Assembly (NCBI GenBank): GCA_003220985.1
Contig: QHTY01000147.1
Span: 1 to 36,169 of the forward strand
DNA length: 36,169 bases
Direction: 5' to 3'
Origin: Gemmatimonadota bacterium
GTDB taxonomy: Bacteria > Gemmatimonadota > Gemmatimonadetes > Gemmatimonadales > GWC2-71-9
Of the stretch, positions 35,533 through 36,169 are shown piece by piece. A program made the translations under genes and the position numbers. The notes beneath the pieces were generated by a model. That model did not search any database and was not told the DNA's origin. It saw only the letters and a list, made by a program, of their open reading frames with translations. The number at the start of each line of letters is the position of its first letter. Position 1 is the first letter of the stretch.

Positions 35533-35727
35533 ATGCGCCTCGCTCGGATCGCGCTCCTCGTTGCGGCGACGGGCTGCGCGGCTTCCACCGCAGCCCGTCG
35601 CGCGTCTTCCCCGACCGCACCGGTCCCCAGTTCACGCGAGATGCTGTTGTCTCCCGAAGGCCGGCTTCGATACGCGCGCGGCGTCGTCCGTGGCATCGAA
35701 GACTGCTTACGCGAGATGGCGAAATGA
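35533..35727 (+). pseudogene. 64 aa lipoprotein ORF, possibly an internally deleted N-acetylmuramoyl-L-alanine amidase remnant
   Basis: Lipoprotein leader LLVAATGC joined to EMLLSPEGRLRYARGVVRGIEDCL, which resembles the last helix of Amidase_3 domains; ATGA-coupled downstream. Confidence 0.5.
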
Positions 35728-36169
35728 ACGTGCGTCGTGCGTCGTGCGTCGTCCTGTTGCTGGTCGCGCGCCCAGCATTGGCGCAGGATCCCTCCGGCAC
35801 CTGGCGTACACTCCACACGCAGCACTTTCGCGTCCATTTTCGGCCCGTCTATCGCGGGCGCGCCGTGGAAGCGGCGCGCGAAGCCGAGCGCGCGTACAGG
35901 CTGCTGTCGAGTGAGCTGCACCCACCGCGGGGCGTTATCGACGTGACGCTCTCTGACGACGTCGATGCGGCGAACGGCTTCACGACCGTCTTCCCGTCGA
36001 ATCGCTTCACGATTTTTCTCACCCCGCCGGTCACCGACCCCGGGTTGCAGAACTACGACAGCTGGGAACGACTCGTGATCGTGCACGAGTTGACGCATGT
36101 GTTCCATCTCGACCGATCCCGAGGACTGTGGGGGACGCTGCAATCGATATTCGGTCGCCTGCCCGGATT
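35724..36169 (+). CDS. Exported HEXXH metallopeptidase-domain protein (N-terminus typical of peptidase-PD40-Omp85 proteins), 3'-truncated
   Basis: Manual translation: MNVRRASCVVLLLVARPALAQDPSGTWRTLHTQHFRVHF...DAANGF...WERLVIVHELTHVFHLD; open to the window end and absent from the ORF track. Confidence 0.8.
   Translation, partial: MNVRRASCVVLLLVARPALAQDPSGTWRTLHTQHFRVHFRPVYRGRAVEAAREAERAYRLLSSELHPPRGVIDVTLSDDVDAANGFTTVFPSNRFTIFLTPPVTDPGLQNYDSWERLVIVHELTHVFHLDRSRGLWGTLQSIFGRLPG
35729..35752 (+). repeat. Perfect heptamer repeat (CGTGCGT)x3 in a signal-peptide coding region
   Basis: CGTGCGT CGTGCGT CGTGCGT CGT. Confidence 0.75.

Noticed and set aside
1-36169. CRISPR arrays, tRNA/rRNA, IS elements, integrases, intrinsic terminators
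   Set aside because: No spaced direct repeats, cloverleaf, transposase motifs or clear hairpin-polyT seen; convergent genes mostly abut or overlap.

Overview
A GC-rich, very gene-dense bacterial chromosome segment; protein style and gene neighbourhoods suggest Gemmatimonadota (inference). No rRNA, tRNA, CRISPR array or mobile element is visible. In order: priA 3' end; TIGR00300-family ornithine cyclodeaminase-like gene, pyruvoyl arginine decarboxylase and ccdA; a glycine-zipper lipoprotein; a 3-ketoglycoside-type sugar cluster (NupG-like MFS, DUF1080, Gfo/Idh/MocA, Tat small subunit, GMC oxidoreductase); ggt divergent from murQ-anmK-nagZ; gluconate genes (GntP fused to a KynB-like cyclase domain, gntK, gnd); accessory envelope and hydrolase genes; an operon encoding a tandem-FHA protein, Ser/Thr kinase, PP2C phosphatase and FHA-TM-coiled-coil-trypsin protease; then a short amidase-like remnant and the start of a HEXXH envelope protein. 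The best candidate for an undescribed system is the FHA/kinase/phosphatase/protease operon, whose first gene has two G11 tracts. Also notable: two gene fusions, several apparent internal deletions and a frameshift (real decay or assembly error), heptamer repeats inside coding regions, and leaderless-type -10 boxes. All calls are from motif recognition; no database search was run.
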